This document shows, piece after piece, positions 11,141 through 24,510 of a stretch of 64,000 bases of DNA (positions are counted from its first letter, which is position 1; each line of letters opens with the position of its first letter). Made by a program: the position numbers and the translations under genes. The notes beneath the pieces were generated by a model that had not been told where the DNA came from, made no database searches, and saw only the letters and a list, made by a program, of their open reading frames with translations. Origin of the DNA: Mobula birostris (Eukaryota); NCBI RefSeq assembly GCF_030028105.1, contig NC_092382.1:99278699-99342698 (forward strand). The letters run 5' to 3'.

Positions 11141-13790
11141 ACATAGAACATAGAACATAGAACATAGAATAGTATAGCACAGTACAGGCTCTTCGGCCCA
11201 CAATGTTGTGGCGACCATTACCTCCCATATATACTCGAAAATTAAATTCCTCCATATACCTGTCAGATAGTCTCTTAAATTTCACTACTGTATCTGCCTC
11301 CACCAGTGACTCAGACAGTACATTCCACGCACCAACCACTCTCTGAGTAAAAAACCTCCCTCTAATATCCCCCTTGACCTTTCCACCCCCTTCCTTAAGG
11401 CCATGCCCTCTTGTGCTGAGTAATGGTGCCGTGGGGAAGAGGCGCTGACTGTGCACCCTATCTATTCCTCTTAATATCTTGCATACGTCTATCAGGTCTC
11501 CTGTCATCCTCCTTCTCTCCAAAGAGTAAAGCCCTAGCTCCCTTAAACTCTGATCATAATGCATACTCTCTACACGAGGCAGCATCCTGGTAAATCTCCT
11601 CTGCACCCTTTCCAATGCTTACACATCCTTCCCATAGTGAGACAACCAGAACTGGGCACAACCCTCCAAGTGTGGCCGAAGTGCGGAACTGCATCATTTC
11701 CCCGCGACTGCTAAACTCTGTCCCTCGGCTTATGAAAGCTAACACCCATAAGGTTTCAAAACTACCTTATCAACCAGTGAGGTAACTTTCAGGGATCTAT
11801 GGACATGTAATACTAGATCCCTCTGCTCCTAAACACTACCAAGTATACTACATTTATTTTGTACTCTGCCTTGGAGTTTGCCTTTCCAAAGTGTACAACC
11901 TCACACTTCCCCGGATTGAACTCTATCTGTCATTTGTCAGCCCACTTCTGCAGTCTATCAATGTCTCTCTGCATCTTCGACATTTCTCCACATTATCCAC
12001 TACACCACCAACCTTTGTGTCATCTGCAAACTTGCCAACCCGCCCTTCTACCCCTACATCCAGGTCGTTAATAAAAATCACGAAAAGCAGAGGTTCCAGA
12101 ACAGATCCTTGTGGGACACCACTAGACACAACCCTCCAACACGAATGTACTCTCTCTACCACGACTCTTTGCTTACTTCAGGCGAGCCAATTCTGAATCC
12201 ACCTTGCCAAACTTCCCCGGATCCCATGCCTTCTGAGTTTCTGAATAAACCTACCGTGTGGAACCTTGTTAAATGCCTGACTTACTTCCATGCAGGTCAC
12301 AACCACTGCACTACCCTCATCTATATGCCTGATCACCTCCTCAAAAAGTCTATCAGGCTTGTTAGACACGGTCTTCCCTTCACGAAGGAATGCTGACTGT
12401 CCCTGATCAGACCATGATTCGCTAAATGCCCATAGATCCTATCTCTAAGAATCTTTTCCAACAGCTTTCCCACCACCGACGTAAGGCTCACTGGTCTATA
12501 ATTATCTGGACTATCTCTATTACATTTTTTGAACAGGGGTTTAACATTCGCCTCCCTCCAGTCCACCGGCACCATTCCCGTGGACAAGGAGGACATGAAG
12601 ATCCTAGCCAAAGGCTCAGCAATCTCTTCCCTCGCCTCGTGGAGGATCCTGAGGAAATTTCCGTCAGGCCCCGGGGACTTATCCGTCTTAATGTATTTAA
12701 CAACACCTACACCTCTGCTCCCTTAATATCAACATGCTCCAGAACATCAACCGCACTCATATTGTCCTCAACTTCATCAAGCTCCCTAACACTGGTGAAT
12801 ACCAAAGATAAGTATTCATTGAGGATCTCGCTCACTGCCACAGCCTCCAGGAAAATCGTTACACCTTTATCTCTAATAGCACCTACCTTCACGCCTGTCG
12901 TCATTTTGTTCTTCACATAATTGAAGAATGCCTTGTGGTTTTCCTTTACCCTACTCGCCAAGGTCTTCTCATGCCCCCATCTTGCTCTCCTCAACCCTTC
13001 TTAAGCTCCTTTCTTGCTGCCCTACCTTCCTCAAAAGAGCTATCTGATCCTTTCTTCCTAAACCTCAGGAAGGCTGCCTTCTGTCCACCTGACTAGATTT
13101 TCCACCTCACTTGTCACCCATGGTTCCTTCACCCTACCTTTCTTTATCTTCCTCCTCGGGAAAATTTATCCCGAACATCCAGCAAGAGATCGCTAGACAT
13201 CGACCAAATGTCCACAGTATATTTCCCTGCAAAAACATCACTCCAATTCACACCGCAGGTTCTGCCCTTAAAACATCATCATTTTCCCTGCCCCAATTAT
13301 TTATTCCTGTCCTCTCTGATTCTATCCTTTTTCATGATAATATTACAGGCCAGGGAGCGGTGCTCACAGTCCACCAGCAACTCACCCACTGAGAGACTGT
13401 GACCAGACGCAGTTCGTTACGTAATACGAGATTTAGTATCGCATTCCGCCTGTTCGTCCTGTACATATTTTGTGACAGGAATCCGTCCTGGACACACTTA
13501 ACAAACTCTGTCCCGTCTAAATCATTGGAGCTAATCAGGTGCCAATCAATATTAGGGAAGTTAATTCACCCATGATAACAACCCTGTTATTTTCCCACCT
13601 TTCCAAAAAATGCCTCCCAATCTGCTGACGAAGCAGTCTTGACGAAGGGTCTCGGCCCGAAACGCCGTCTGTACCTCTTCCTAGAGATGCTGCCTGGCCT
13701 GCTGCGTTCACCAGCAACTTTGATGTTTGTTGCTCCCAATCTGTTCCTCGTTATCTCTGCTTCTACTAAGGGACCTACAGAAAACTCTGT
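11141..13790 (-). mobile_element. CR1 LINE, 5'-truncated (endonuclease remnant, RT, 3' tail)
   Basis: Motifs PQGSVL, FADDTK, VSLTSVVGKLLE and FTQRVVGAWN; (TTCTATG)n 3' tail at 11141-11170. Confidence 0.9.
13625..13732 (+). mobile_element. Penelope-like element terminal fragment with hammerhead-like core, inserted in CR1
   Basis: TTGACGAAGGGTCTCGGCCCGAAAC..., flanked by the 11-bp direct repeat CTCCCAATCTG (13614-13624 and 13733-13743). Confidence 0.65.
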
Positions 13791-14400
13791 ACTCTCAGCA
13801 ACGTCAGAAGGATGGGCTGGGATCTCACTTCATCCTTTCGGATATTGAAAACCCAAGGCAGATGGATGTGTGAAGGATGTTTCCCAAAGCTGCGGTGTCT
13901 GAGACAAGAGGGTGCAGCCTCAGAACACAGAGACGTCCATTCAAAACAGAGAAGCAGAGAAATATCTTTCGCCAGAAGATAGCGAATTTGGACCCACATT
14001 CAGCTGTGGAGGCTAAATCCTTGGGTTCATTTAAACCAGAGATTGATTGGTTGCTGATTGGAAGCAGCAATAAAGCAAAAGGCCGGGGATTGGGGGTGAG
14101 GAAGGGAAGTAAAATATCAGCCATCATCGAGCAGACGCGTTGGGCCAAATGTCCTAATTCGGTTCCTATATTTTATTGTTATATTCCTGCGGTCTTAAGT
14201 CGGTGAGAGCTACGGACGTATTTTTGTCATCAGTTTTTGCTTACGCTCGGTGCCACGTTGATCAGTTGCAAATGGCGGTGACGTGCAGGGAACTGATCAA
14301 AACTATGTAGAGAGTAAATGTACATTGCTGCTGTAAAGTCCGAGTGAATGCTATCGGCCCGCGACGTCGAGCGCTTATTCATGTGAAGAGATATGGTCTC

Positions 14401-17400
14401 ACCATAAGACCATAAGACCAGAAGACAAAGGAGCAGAAGTAGGCCATTCGGCCCATCGAGTGTGCTCCGCCATTTTATCATGAGATGATCCATTCTCCTA
14501 CTTAGTCCCACTCCGCCGCCTTCTCACCATAACCTTTGATGCCTTGGCTACTCAGATACCTTGCACTCTCTGCCTTAAATACACCCAACGACTTCGCCTC
14601 CACTGCTGCCCGTGGCTGCAAATTCCATAGATTCACCACCCTCTGACTTAAAAAAATCTTCGCATTTCTGTTCTGAATGGGCGCCCTTCAATCCTAAAGT
14701 CATGCCCTCTCGTACTAGACTCCCCCATTATGGGAAACAACGTTGCCACATCCACTCTGGCCATGCCTTGCAATATTCGAAATGTTTCTATGTGGTCTCC
14801 CCTCATTCTTCTAAACTCCAAGGAATACAGTCCAAGAGCGGACAAACGTTCCGCATATGTTAACCCTCTCATTTCCGTAATCATTCTATCGAATCTTCTC
14901 TGTACCCTCTCGAAGGTCAGCACATCCTCTCTTAAATAAGGAGACCAAAACTGCCCACAGTACTCCACGTGAGGTCTCACCAGCGCCTTATAGAGCCTCA
15001 ACATAACATCCCTGCTCCTATACTCTATTCCTCTAGAAATGAATGTCAACATTGCATTGGCTCTCTTCACTACTGACTCCTCCTGGAGGTTAACTTTAAG
15101 GATATCCTGTACGAGGACTCCCAAGTCCCGGTTCATCTTAGAACTTCTTTCACTATTTCAATAATAGTCTGCCCGTTCATTTGTTCTGCCAAAGTGCATA
15201 ACCATACACTTTCCAACATTGTACTTCATTTGCCACTTCTCTGCCCTTTCTTCCAATCTATACAAGTCTCTCTGCAGACTCTTCGTTTCCTCAGCACTAC
15301 CTGCCCGTCCACCTATCTTCGTATCGTCAGCAAGCTTAGCCACAAAGCCATCTATTCCATAATCCAAATCGTTGATATACAGTGTAAAAAGAAGCGGCCC
15401 CAACACTGACCCCTGTGGAACACCACTGGTAACCGGTAGCCAACCACATTAGGATCCCTTTATTCCCACTCTCTGTTTCCTGCCAATCAACCAACGCTCT
15501 ATCCACGTATGTAACTTTTCCATAATTTCATGGGCTCTTATCTTGTTATGCAGCCTCATGTGTGGCACCTTGTCAAAGGCCTTCTGAAAATCCAAATATA
15601 CAACATCCACTGCATCTCCCTTGTCGAGCCTACTGGTAATATCCTCAAAAAACTGTGACAGCTTTGTCAGGCAGGATTTTCCTATTAGGAATCCATGCTG
15701 AGTCCTGCCTATCTTGTCATATGCCTCCAGGTACTCTGTAACCTCATCCTTGACAATCGACTCCAACAACTTCTCAAACCACTGATGTTAAGCTAACAGG
15801 TCGATAATTTCCCTTTTGCTTCCTTGTCCCCTTCTTAAATAAAGGAGTGACATTTGCAATCTTCCAGTCTTCTGGAACCATGCAAGAATCTGTCGACTGT
15901 GGTAAGATCATCGTGAATGCCTCCGCAATCTCCACAGCTCCTCCTTCAGAACACGAGGATGAGTTCCATCTGGTCCAGGAGATTTATCTACCTTTAGACT
16001 TTTCAGCTTCCTGAGTACTTTCTCTGTCGTAATTGTGATTGCGCACACTTCTCTTCCCTGCCACCCTTGAGTGTCCGGTGTACTGCTGATGTCTTTCTCA
16101 GTGAAGACTGATGCAAAATACTCGTTCAGTTCCTCTGACATCTCCTTATCTCCCATTACAAATTCTCCAGCATTATTTTCTATCGGTCCTATGTCTACTC
16201 TCAGCAGTCCTTTACTCTTTACATACTTGAAAAAGCTTTTAGTATCCCCTTTGATATTATTCGCTAGCTTCCTTTCATAGATAATCCTTTCTCTCTTAAT
16301 GACCTTCTTGGTTTCCTTTTGTAAGGTTTTAAAAACTTCCCAATCCTCTGTCTTCCCACTAATTTTTGCTTCCTTCTATGCCCTCTCTTTTGCTTTAACC
16401 TTGGCCTGGACTTCTCTTGTCAACCACGGTTGCATTCTATTTGCACTCGAAAATTTCTTCTTCTTTGGAGTATACCTGTCTTGCACCTTCCTCAGTTCTC
16501 GCATAAACTCCAGCCACTGCTGTTCTGCTGTTTTTTATTTTTTTTTTCCCGCCAGTGTCCCTTTCCAATCAACTTTGGACAGTTCCTTTCTCATGCCACT
16601 GTAATTTACTGTACTCCACTGAAATTCTGACACATCAGATTTTGGCTTCTATTTTTCTAATTTCACAGGGAACTCAATCATGCTATGATCACTGCATCCT
16701 AAGGGTTCCTTCACCTCAATCTCTCTAATCACCTCCAGTTCATTACACAATACCCAATCTAGTACAGCCGATACCCTAGTAGGCTCAACAACAAGCTGTT
16801 CTAAAAAGCCATCTCGCAGACATTCTACAAATTCTCTTTGTTGAGATCCAGTGCTGACCTGATTTTTCCAACTTCTCGCATGTTAAAATCCCACAGGATT
16901 ATCATAACACTGCCCTTCTGACAAGCCTTTTCTATTTCCAGTTGGAATTTGTAGTCCACATCCCTGCATCTGTTTGGAGGCCTATAAATAGATGCCATCA
17001 GGGTCCTTTTACCCCTGCTATTTCTGAGCTCAACCCATAAATATTCTGCACCTTCCGATCCTATATCACTTCTTTCTAACGATTTAATATCATTTCCTAC
17101 CAATAAAGCTACGCCTCCCCCTCTGCCTACCTTCCTATCCTTCCGATACACCGTGAATCCTTGGACATTCAGCTCCCAGAGACATGCATCGTTTAGCCAG
17201 ATCTCAGTGATGGCCAGAATATCATACCTGCCTATCTGTAGCTGTACAACAAGATCATCCACCTTATTCCTTATGCTGCGTGCATTTAAGTACAACACCT
17301 TAAGACCAGTGTTTAATACTTTTCGCTTTGATTTCACTGCAACTTTATTGCACTGCATCTCATCCCAATGGCTACAAATTTGCCCCATCTTCTGCCTGTC

Positions 17401-17830
17401 TATCCTGATATCTTTACTGCTCACTATCTTAGGTTTATTTCTGTTTTCCCCTTCCTCCGCTCTATCATTCCGGTTGCCATCCCCCTGCAAAATTAGTTCA
17501 AACCCTCCCTAACAGCTCTATTAAACTTTCCTGCCAGGATATTAGCCCCTTCGGGTTCAGGTGTAACCTGTCCTTTTTGAACAAGTCATACTTCCCCCAG
17601 AAGAGATCCCAATTATCCAAGTATCCGAAGCCCTGCCCCCTAAACCAGTCTCTCAGCCACGCATTCATCTGCCTGATCCGACTACTCTTGCCCTCGCTCG
17701 CACGTGGCACAGGCAGCAATCCCGAGATTACTACCCTGGAGGTCCTGCTTATCAGCTTCCTTCCTAACTCCTGGAAATCTCTCTTCACGACCTCCTCCTT
17801 TGTCCTATCTATGTCTTTGGTACCAAAATG
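14401..17830 (-). mobile_element. CR1 LINE, near-complete ORF2 (endonuclease plus RT) and 3' part of ORF1 esterase, decayed
   Basis: Endonuclease LYLNARSIRNK/GGGVALLV/IYRPP (16825-17490). RT segments at 14648-16156. SGNH-esterase-like VVISGLLPVPRAS..HLNPKG (17498-17788). (TCTTATGG)n tail near 14401. Confidence 0.9.
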
Positions 17831-17959
17831 AAAATATTGAAAAAAATATATACTTTTGTACAGGTTCTACAAAATGTTGTACATTTGAGTCTAATCGGGT
17901 TCAAATTTGACCAATACCTATTGAAATCGATTTTACATCGATTTTAGTCGATCACTGCG

Positions 17960-19650
17960 TAGGCCCTTTACTGATTGGACGGCGGTTAGCGGTGGAGTTT
18001 CGCAGCAATCGGTGTTGGGACCGCTTCTTATCGCGTTGTACGTCAATGATCTGAATGAAGAATTTGATTGATTTGTGGCAGGGTTTGAGAGCCATGCGAG
18101 GGTAGATGGAAGGGTAGGCAGAGTTGGGGAAGCACGGTGCTTGCAGAAGGCACTAGACGGGCTGGAGAAGAGGCAAGGAATTATGAAGTACTATAATGTA
18201 GGAAAGTGCCCAGTCTTACACTTTGGCAGAGGTAATAAAGACGTGGACTATTTCGTAAATGTGAAGAACACCAGAATCGAAAAATCAGAGTTGCAGAGCC
18301 ACAGGAAAACCTGCAGATTGAGTCAGCGGTGACGGAGCCAAATGCATGTTCCAATCCACTTTCAGAGGACTGGTATATAAAAACAACTCCTTCGCCATGT
18401 AATAAATTGTATACTCTCTATATTGGCCTGGGCCATTTTAACAATGTGGAGAATATTGAAACAAGCAGAGGTGCAGAGCCTTTTGGGTATGTTTCCTTCA
18501 GGAAAATTTACACAACGGTGGGGAAGTCAAAGGCAATGTTATCATCCATTTCCAGAGATATGGGACATAAAAGCAACTCTTCAACAACCTATTAATCTGT
18601 AGAGTCTTCCTGCTTCCGGCCTCACAAGCCCGGAGCACGGGTAGCAAACCCAGGAGGGTCCTGTTTTTTAACTTAGCTCCTAACTCCCGGAACTGGCCGT
18701 GCGATACTTCGTCGCTCATCGTGCCAATGTCATTGGTAACTCGATTGGTCACGATTTCTAGCTGCTCACACACCAAGTTAAGAACGCTGAGGACTCGATC
18801 GGAGATATCGCTGATCTTGTCGCCGACAGAGCCACCTGTCCGCACCACATCATGACTTCCACGCTGCCGCGCCACCACCCCCATCCCGACCCCTCACACA
18901 CAGACACCGCTCAACACCCACGTCCCTTCTGAATCACAGAGGCAAACTAAGTGCATGAGAGCCGAACCCTGTCAGACGATTCTCCAGCCCCCTAAACTCC
19001 GTGACAATATCCGAAATGTTGAAGGAGATGGCCACAGGGGATTTGTGCCCTGTGCCCCTCAGCCGTGTATCATTCATGTCTCTGTGCCCTGCGTCCTGGG
19101 TGTAACTCCCTCTCTATATGTCCTGTCCATCAGCACATCAGCCTCCCGAATGATCTGCAGCTCGACCAGTTCCACCTTCAGCTCATTAAAGGAGATTGTC
19201 AGAAGTTATCGCAGCTGTCGTCGTCAGCGCTACTAGAATTCTCTCTGCCTTCCCAGATAAAATTAAATGAAGTGAAATGAAATACCTTTATTGTAATTCC
19301 AATGCTCAATTTGTCTTGCGCCAATACAGCGAAAGTGAGGGAATGCTCCCGCAAGAGGAGCATTCAACTACCCTGCCTTACATCAATGTTATCCTATCTG
19401 ATCAGATGTAAAGAAGGGAAGGAAATTAAAAGTCTTAGCCAAGTGTTTTTCTTTTCTTTGCCTACTTTGACAGAAGCCTCCCTGAGCTGACGCGTCTTCG
19501 AGCAGTAGCTTGACGGTCCATTCATACGACGGCTACTGCATTGGCCCCTACCTTTCTCCTGCAGATCAACCACAAACGCCGCCTACTCACTGGTCAAAGT
19601 TGCTTTTGACAGTAGGGACACGCTGTGGACTTTGATACCCGTGCTGACTG
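17960..19650 (+). repeat. Segmental duplication block Y, paralogous to about 26680-29070
   Basis: Shared junction-spanning sequence, e.g. CAGAGCCACAGGAAAA..CATGTTCCAATCCA and ATCCTATCTGATCAGAT..AGAAGGGAAGGAA. Confidence 0.8.
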
Positions 19651-20542
19651 AAGTCCTCTGTTCCCTTTCTCCATGTTGACCCTTTCTCCATGTTTTCCTG
19701 TCTACCCTGTTTGTTCTTGTTCAGCTCTAATTGAGCCAGCTGATGCTCGTTGGGGCTGGCTGCATAAATACCTTCAGAGACCAGGGCGTGGTGCTGGATT
19801 GTTCTTGTCCTTACTGCTTGTATCTCTTCCTCTGTCTTCTGTTTCCTCGCCTGAAGCCCTGCCTTGTCTTGCCGGTAACTTTCGCCTCGCCTGAAGTTCT
19901 CGTATCCCCTTGTGTTGTCTGAAGCCTTGCCTTGTCTTGCTGGTAACTCTCGCCTCGTCTCGCCTGCAGTCTTGTCCTGGAGCCACCCTGTACCTAGCTC
20001 CCTTCCTGTCCCTTGCCTCTGTCGGGTGGTGATCTGCGCCCTTCCCAGGAGTACCGCGCCCTGCCCAGGAGGAGCCTGCCTAGCCTCAAGCCTGAAGACT
20101 CCGGCCTCCTGCCTAGCCTCAAGCCTAAAGACTCCAACATCCTGGTAAGCCTCGCCTCAAGTCCCCAGCCTCCTGTCTCCTGCCAAGCCTCGCATCAACT
20201 CTCCAGCCTCCTGCCTCCTGCCAAGCCTCACCTCAAGTCTCCAGCCTCCTGCCAAGTCGGGCCTCAAGGCTCTGAGACTGCATCCTTGTCCTGCCTGCCA
20301 GCCAAGCCTCGTCCTTGCCTAGTTCTGAGGCAGAGGCATAGGCAAGACCCAGACACTGGGTCCTTGTCCAGTCTCTGGCTCGGAATCCAAGCCCGGGCTC
20401 CTAGCTCTCTTGTCCAGTCCTGTTCCGGGTTTCTGGTTTTCGAGTCCATCTCCTTGCCCTCAGCCTGTATCCTAGTCCTGTCTGTAGTCCTTCAGTGTCG
20501 GTGTCTTGCACTTGGGTCCGTTCCGAGCCACCGCCCTATGAC
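19650..20542 (+). mobile_element. LTR-like element with internal degenerate tandem repeats
   Basis: Interrupts the block paralogous to about 29070. Repeated CCTCCTGCCTAGCCTCAAG/CCTTGCCTTGTC units; ends ...CTTGGGTCC...TATGACA. Left end and TSD not resolved. Confidence 0.4.
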
Positions 20543-20544
20543 AC

Positions 20545-22330
20545 CCCTGCTACTTCCACACTGACTTCCCTCACGGTCCTAGGGAATATCTTGACGGAAC
20601 CGGAGACTTATCCCTTTATATTCCTTAAAATGCCAGTACTTCCTCTTCTTTAATCGTCATACTTCTCATAACTACCCTTCTTGTATTCCATTATCTTACA
20701 CAATTCAATATCCTTCTCCTTAGTTAATACCGAAGAAAAGAAATTGTTCAAAATCTCCCCCATCTTTTTCGGCTCCGCACATAGCCGTCCTCTCTGATTC
20801 TCTAAGAGACTAATTTTATCCCTCACTATTTTTTTGCTATTAATATAACTGCAGAAACTCTTTGGATTTATTTTCACCGTACTTGCCAAAGCAGCCTCGT
20901 ATCTTCTTTCAGCTTTTCTAATTTCTTTCTTATGATTCTTTTAACATCCTTTATATTCCTCGAGCAGCTCATTAACTCCTATATTTATTGCAGATCCCTC
21001 TCTTTTTCGGAACCAAGTTTCCTATATCCCTTGAAAACCATGGTTCTCTCAAACTTTAACCTTTCCTTTCAACCTAACAGGAACATAAAGATCCTGTACC
21101 CTCAAAATTTCACCTTTAAATGACCTCCATTTCTCTATTACATCCCTCCCATAAAACAAATTGTCCCAATTCACTCCTTCTAAATCCTTTCGCATCTCCT
21201 CAAAGTTAGCCTTTCTCCAATCAAATATCTCAACCCTGGGTCCAGTCCTATCCTTCTCAATAATTATATTGAAACTTATGGCATTGTGATCACTGGACCC
21301 GAAGTGCTCGCCAACACATACCTCCGTCACCTGCCCTATCTCCTTCCCTAACAGCAGATCCAACACTGTCCCTTCTCTAGTTGGTACCTCTATGTATAGC
21401 TACAAAAAAATCAAAAAACTATCTTGCACACATTTGACAAACTACAACCCATCCAGCCATTTTACAGAATAGGCTTGCCAGACTGTGTGTGCAAAATTAA
21501 GATCTCCCATCATCACAACCTTGTACTTACTACAATTATCTGCTCTCTTCTTACAAATTTGTTCCTCCAGTTCTCGATCCCCATTAGGTGGTGTACAATA
21601 TACTCCTATAAACGTCACTAGACCTTTCCTCTTCCTCAGTTCCACCCAAATATCCTCCCTAGACGAGTCCACTAATCTATCCTGTCAGATCACCGCTGTT
21701 ATATTTTCTCTGACAAGCAAGGCAGCACCTCCCCCTCTTGCCCCTCCTATTCTTTCACACCTGAAGCAGCGAAATCCTGATATTTAGTTGCCAATCACAC
21801 CCATCCTGCAACCATGTTTCACTAATAGCTACAACATCATATTTCTAGGTATCAATCCATTCTCTAAGCTCATCCACCTTTCTTACAGTGCTCCTAGCAT
21901 TAAAATGGATGCATTTAAGAAACTGTCCACCTCTTACTCTATGTTTACCTTTCATGGAGCAAACAACTTTGTTATCTTTTTCTTCCCTGTCCCCTACATC
22001 TTTGGTCTGAGTTCTCCTGATCTCTGTCCCCTGTCTATCCTCCCGAACACTGTCTGCTAGCTTTCTCTATTTGCGAACTAATCTCCTCTGTCCTAGTCTC
22101 TTTAATTTGTTTCCCACCCCCAAACATTCCAGTTTAAAGTCACCTCGGTAGCCCTCGCAAATCTCCCCGGCAGGATATTGTTTCCCCTCGGATTCAAGTG
22201 TAACCCGACCTTTTCGTACAGATAACACCTGCTGCAGAAGAGATCCCGATGATCCAGATACTTGAATCCCCGCCCCCTGTTGCAGTTGCAGTTCTTTAAG
22301 TCGTTGATGAGGGCGCACTCGTAGAACTGA
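20545..22330 (-). mobile_element. CR1 LINE fragment (ORF1 esterase plus endonuclease)
   Basis: Motifs EHFGSSDHNAISF, VMMGDLNF and GLHLNPRGNNIL. Confidence 0.8.
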
Positions 22331-24510
22331 GTACTGTGCTGTATTTGGTCACCATGCAAAGGTGCGGTTGGGCAGGAATAAGGATAGAAAAGAAAGAACG
22401 GGCATGTACCCAACACTCGAAAGCTTGAGGTTTTGAGACTGGTAGGCCATGTTGGGTCTTTGTTACTTCGAACTTAATACAATGAGGGACGAACTTGCAG
22501 AACTTCTTTTTAAATTTCCACAGACGTAGACGAGGTGGATGATAAGAGTCTTTTGAGATCCTGGATAGGAAAGTCTAAATCTTGTGGCCCTGCGATCAGG
22601 TGAGGGGGGAGGGTGGAATGAAGGAATTTTTTTTCACGAAGACCGTGTTATGGGAACTTGCTGAAACAGCAAGAAGAAAAAGCAGGTAAAATATGATCGA
22701 GATATAGGAGAGAGAGATTTAGTAGGGACCGGAAGGGCAACTTTTTTCACCTGTATGGAGTTGAGTGTCAGTGAACATGCAGCGCAGAGACTGGTTGAAA
22801 AGAGACGATAGTATCATTTATGAAACAAATGCGAAGGTACATGGAGGGGTGGGAAACAGAGCGATATGATCCCGGCATTGATTGGTTAGTCTGAAGGGCT
22901 GTAACTGTGCTCCGTGACGATGACTACAGTCATTGGAGTTTCTTAGCAATTCATGGCAAGCGAAATCATTTTTGCAAGGAGAAGGGAATTAAAGTAAATG
23001 TCGACCAATAAGAGAATAGGCAAGTGTACCGTCAGGCTCTGCGATGGATAAAGCGGTGGCTGATTGTCAGGAGGGGACAAAGAGAAGAAATAAAAGGAGC
23101 CTTTCCTGCTTGGCTGCTGGTGACGTGTAGTATTCCACAGGTGTCTGTGCTGGCACTGATTACTTTTACGTTTTACGTCTTTGCTTTGGGTGACGGAATT
23201 AATGGCCGTGTTGCAAAGTTTGCAGACGATGCGGAGATAGGTGAAGAGGCAGGTAGTTCTCAGAAAGTGGAGAGACTACAGAAGGACGAAGAGAGACTGG
23301 GAGAATGGGGAAAGAACTGGCAGATGGAATACTCTGCAGAAAGTGGTGCGGACAGCCGAGAACATTTGTAGTTGTGAACTTCCCATTATACAAGACATTT
23401 ACGAAGACAGTTGTGTAAAAGGGGGCCGCAGCATCACTGGGAACCCTTGGCACCACAACTCACAATCTATTCCAGCTGTTGCCATCCAGACAACGGTCCC
23501 GCAGCAGAAAAGCCAAGACCAATCGACTCCGTGACAACTCCTTCCCACAGGCCCTCAGACTGATCAGCTCACGCTGATTTGAGTGTATTCTAAGTTACAA
23601 AATTATTATAAATAACTATGATCACACATTTCACTTTTAGACGGAGTCGTGAAGATTTTTCGTCTCGTGTATGTGAACGATGTCAGAAATAAAGTCAATT
23701 CAATCAAGTTCCGGGAACTGAATGGTCATGCATTTTGTTAGAAGTAATAAAGATGTAGACTGTGCTATAGACCAGTAAAAAAGGGCAGAAGTTAGACCTT
23801 CTAAGGGACTTGAGAGTCCTCATACAGTATTTCCTAAACTGACACAGTCGTGGTGAATGGAGCTATGATGTGTTTGGCCATTACAGAGACTTGGATGTTT
23901 CAGGGACAGGAAATGCTACTTCAAGTGCCAGTCTTAGCTGATTCAGAAAGGACAGGGGGGAGGCAAAAGAGGTGGAGGAATGGTGTTGTTGATCAAGGAT
24001 AGTGTCGCGGCTGCGGGAAAGGAGCAAGACATGGAGGGGTTGTCAACGGAGTCTCTGTGAGAGAAAGTTAGGAGTAGGAAGGAGTCAATGACTCTGTTGT
24101 GTGTTTTTACAGAGCAGCCAATAGCAACATGGACATCTGGCAGCCAATTGCGAAACAGATTCGGCAAAGGTGTAATAATAACGGGGTTGTTGTGGTGGGA
24201 GATTTTAATTTGCCAAATATTGTTTTGCATCTTCCTGGAGTATCGGGTTTAGATGGGATGGAGATGGTTATGTGTGTTTAGGCAGGTTTCTTGACATAAT
24301 ATGCAGATAAGCGTACAAGAGCAGAGGCTGTACTTGATCTGGTATTGGGAAATGAACCTAGTCAGGTGTCAGGTTTCTCAGTGGGAGAGCATTTTTGTGA
24401 CAGTGATCACAATTCTATCTCCTTCACCACAACATTGGAGATGGATAGGAATAGACAATTTAGGGAAACGTTTGCTTGGAGTAAGGGGAAATATGACGCT
24501 ATCAGGCTGG
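22316..24510 (+). repeat. Segmental duplication block Z, paralogous to about 56463-58250
   Basis: Colinear matches, e.g. GGTCACCATGCAAAGGTGCGGTTGG, CAGGCTCTGCGATGGATA and CTAAGTTACAAAATTATTATAAAT. Confidence 0.85.

Noticed and set aside
20013-20564. 183-aa Ser/Pro/Leu-rich ORF
   Set aside because: Product of degenerate tandem repeats in an LTR-like element; no domain motif.
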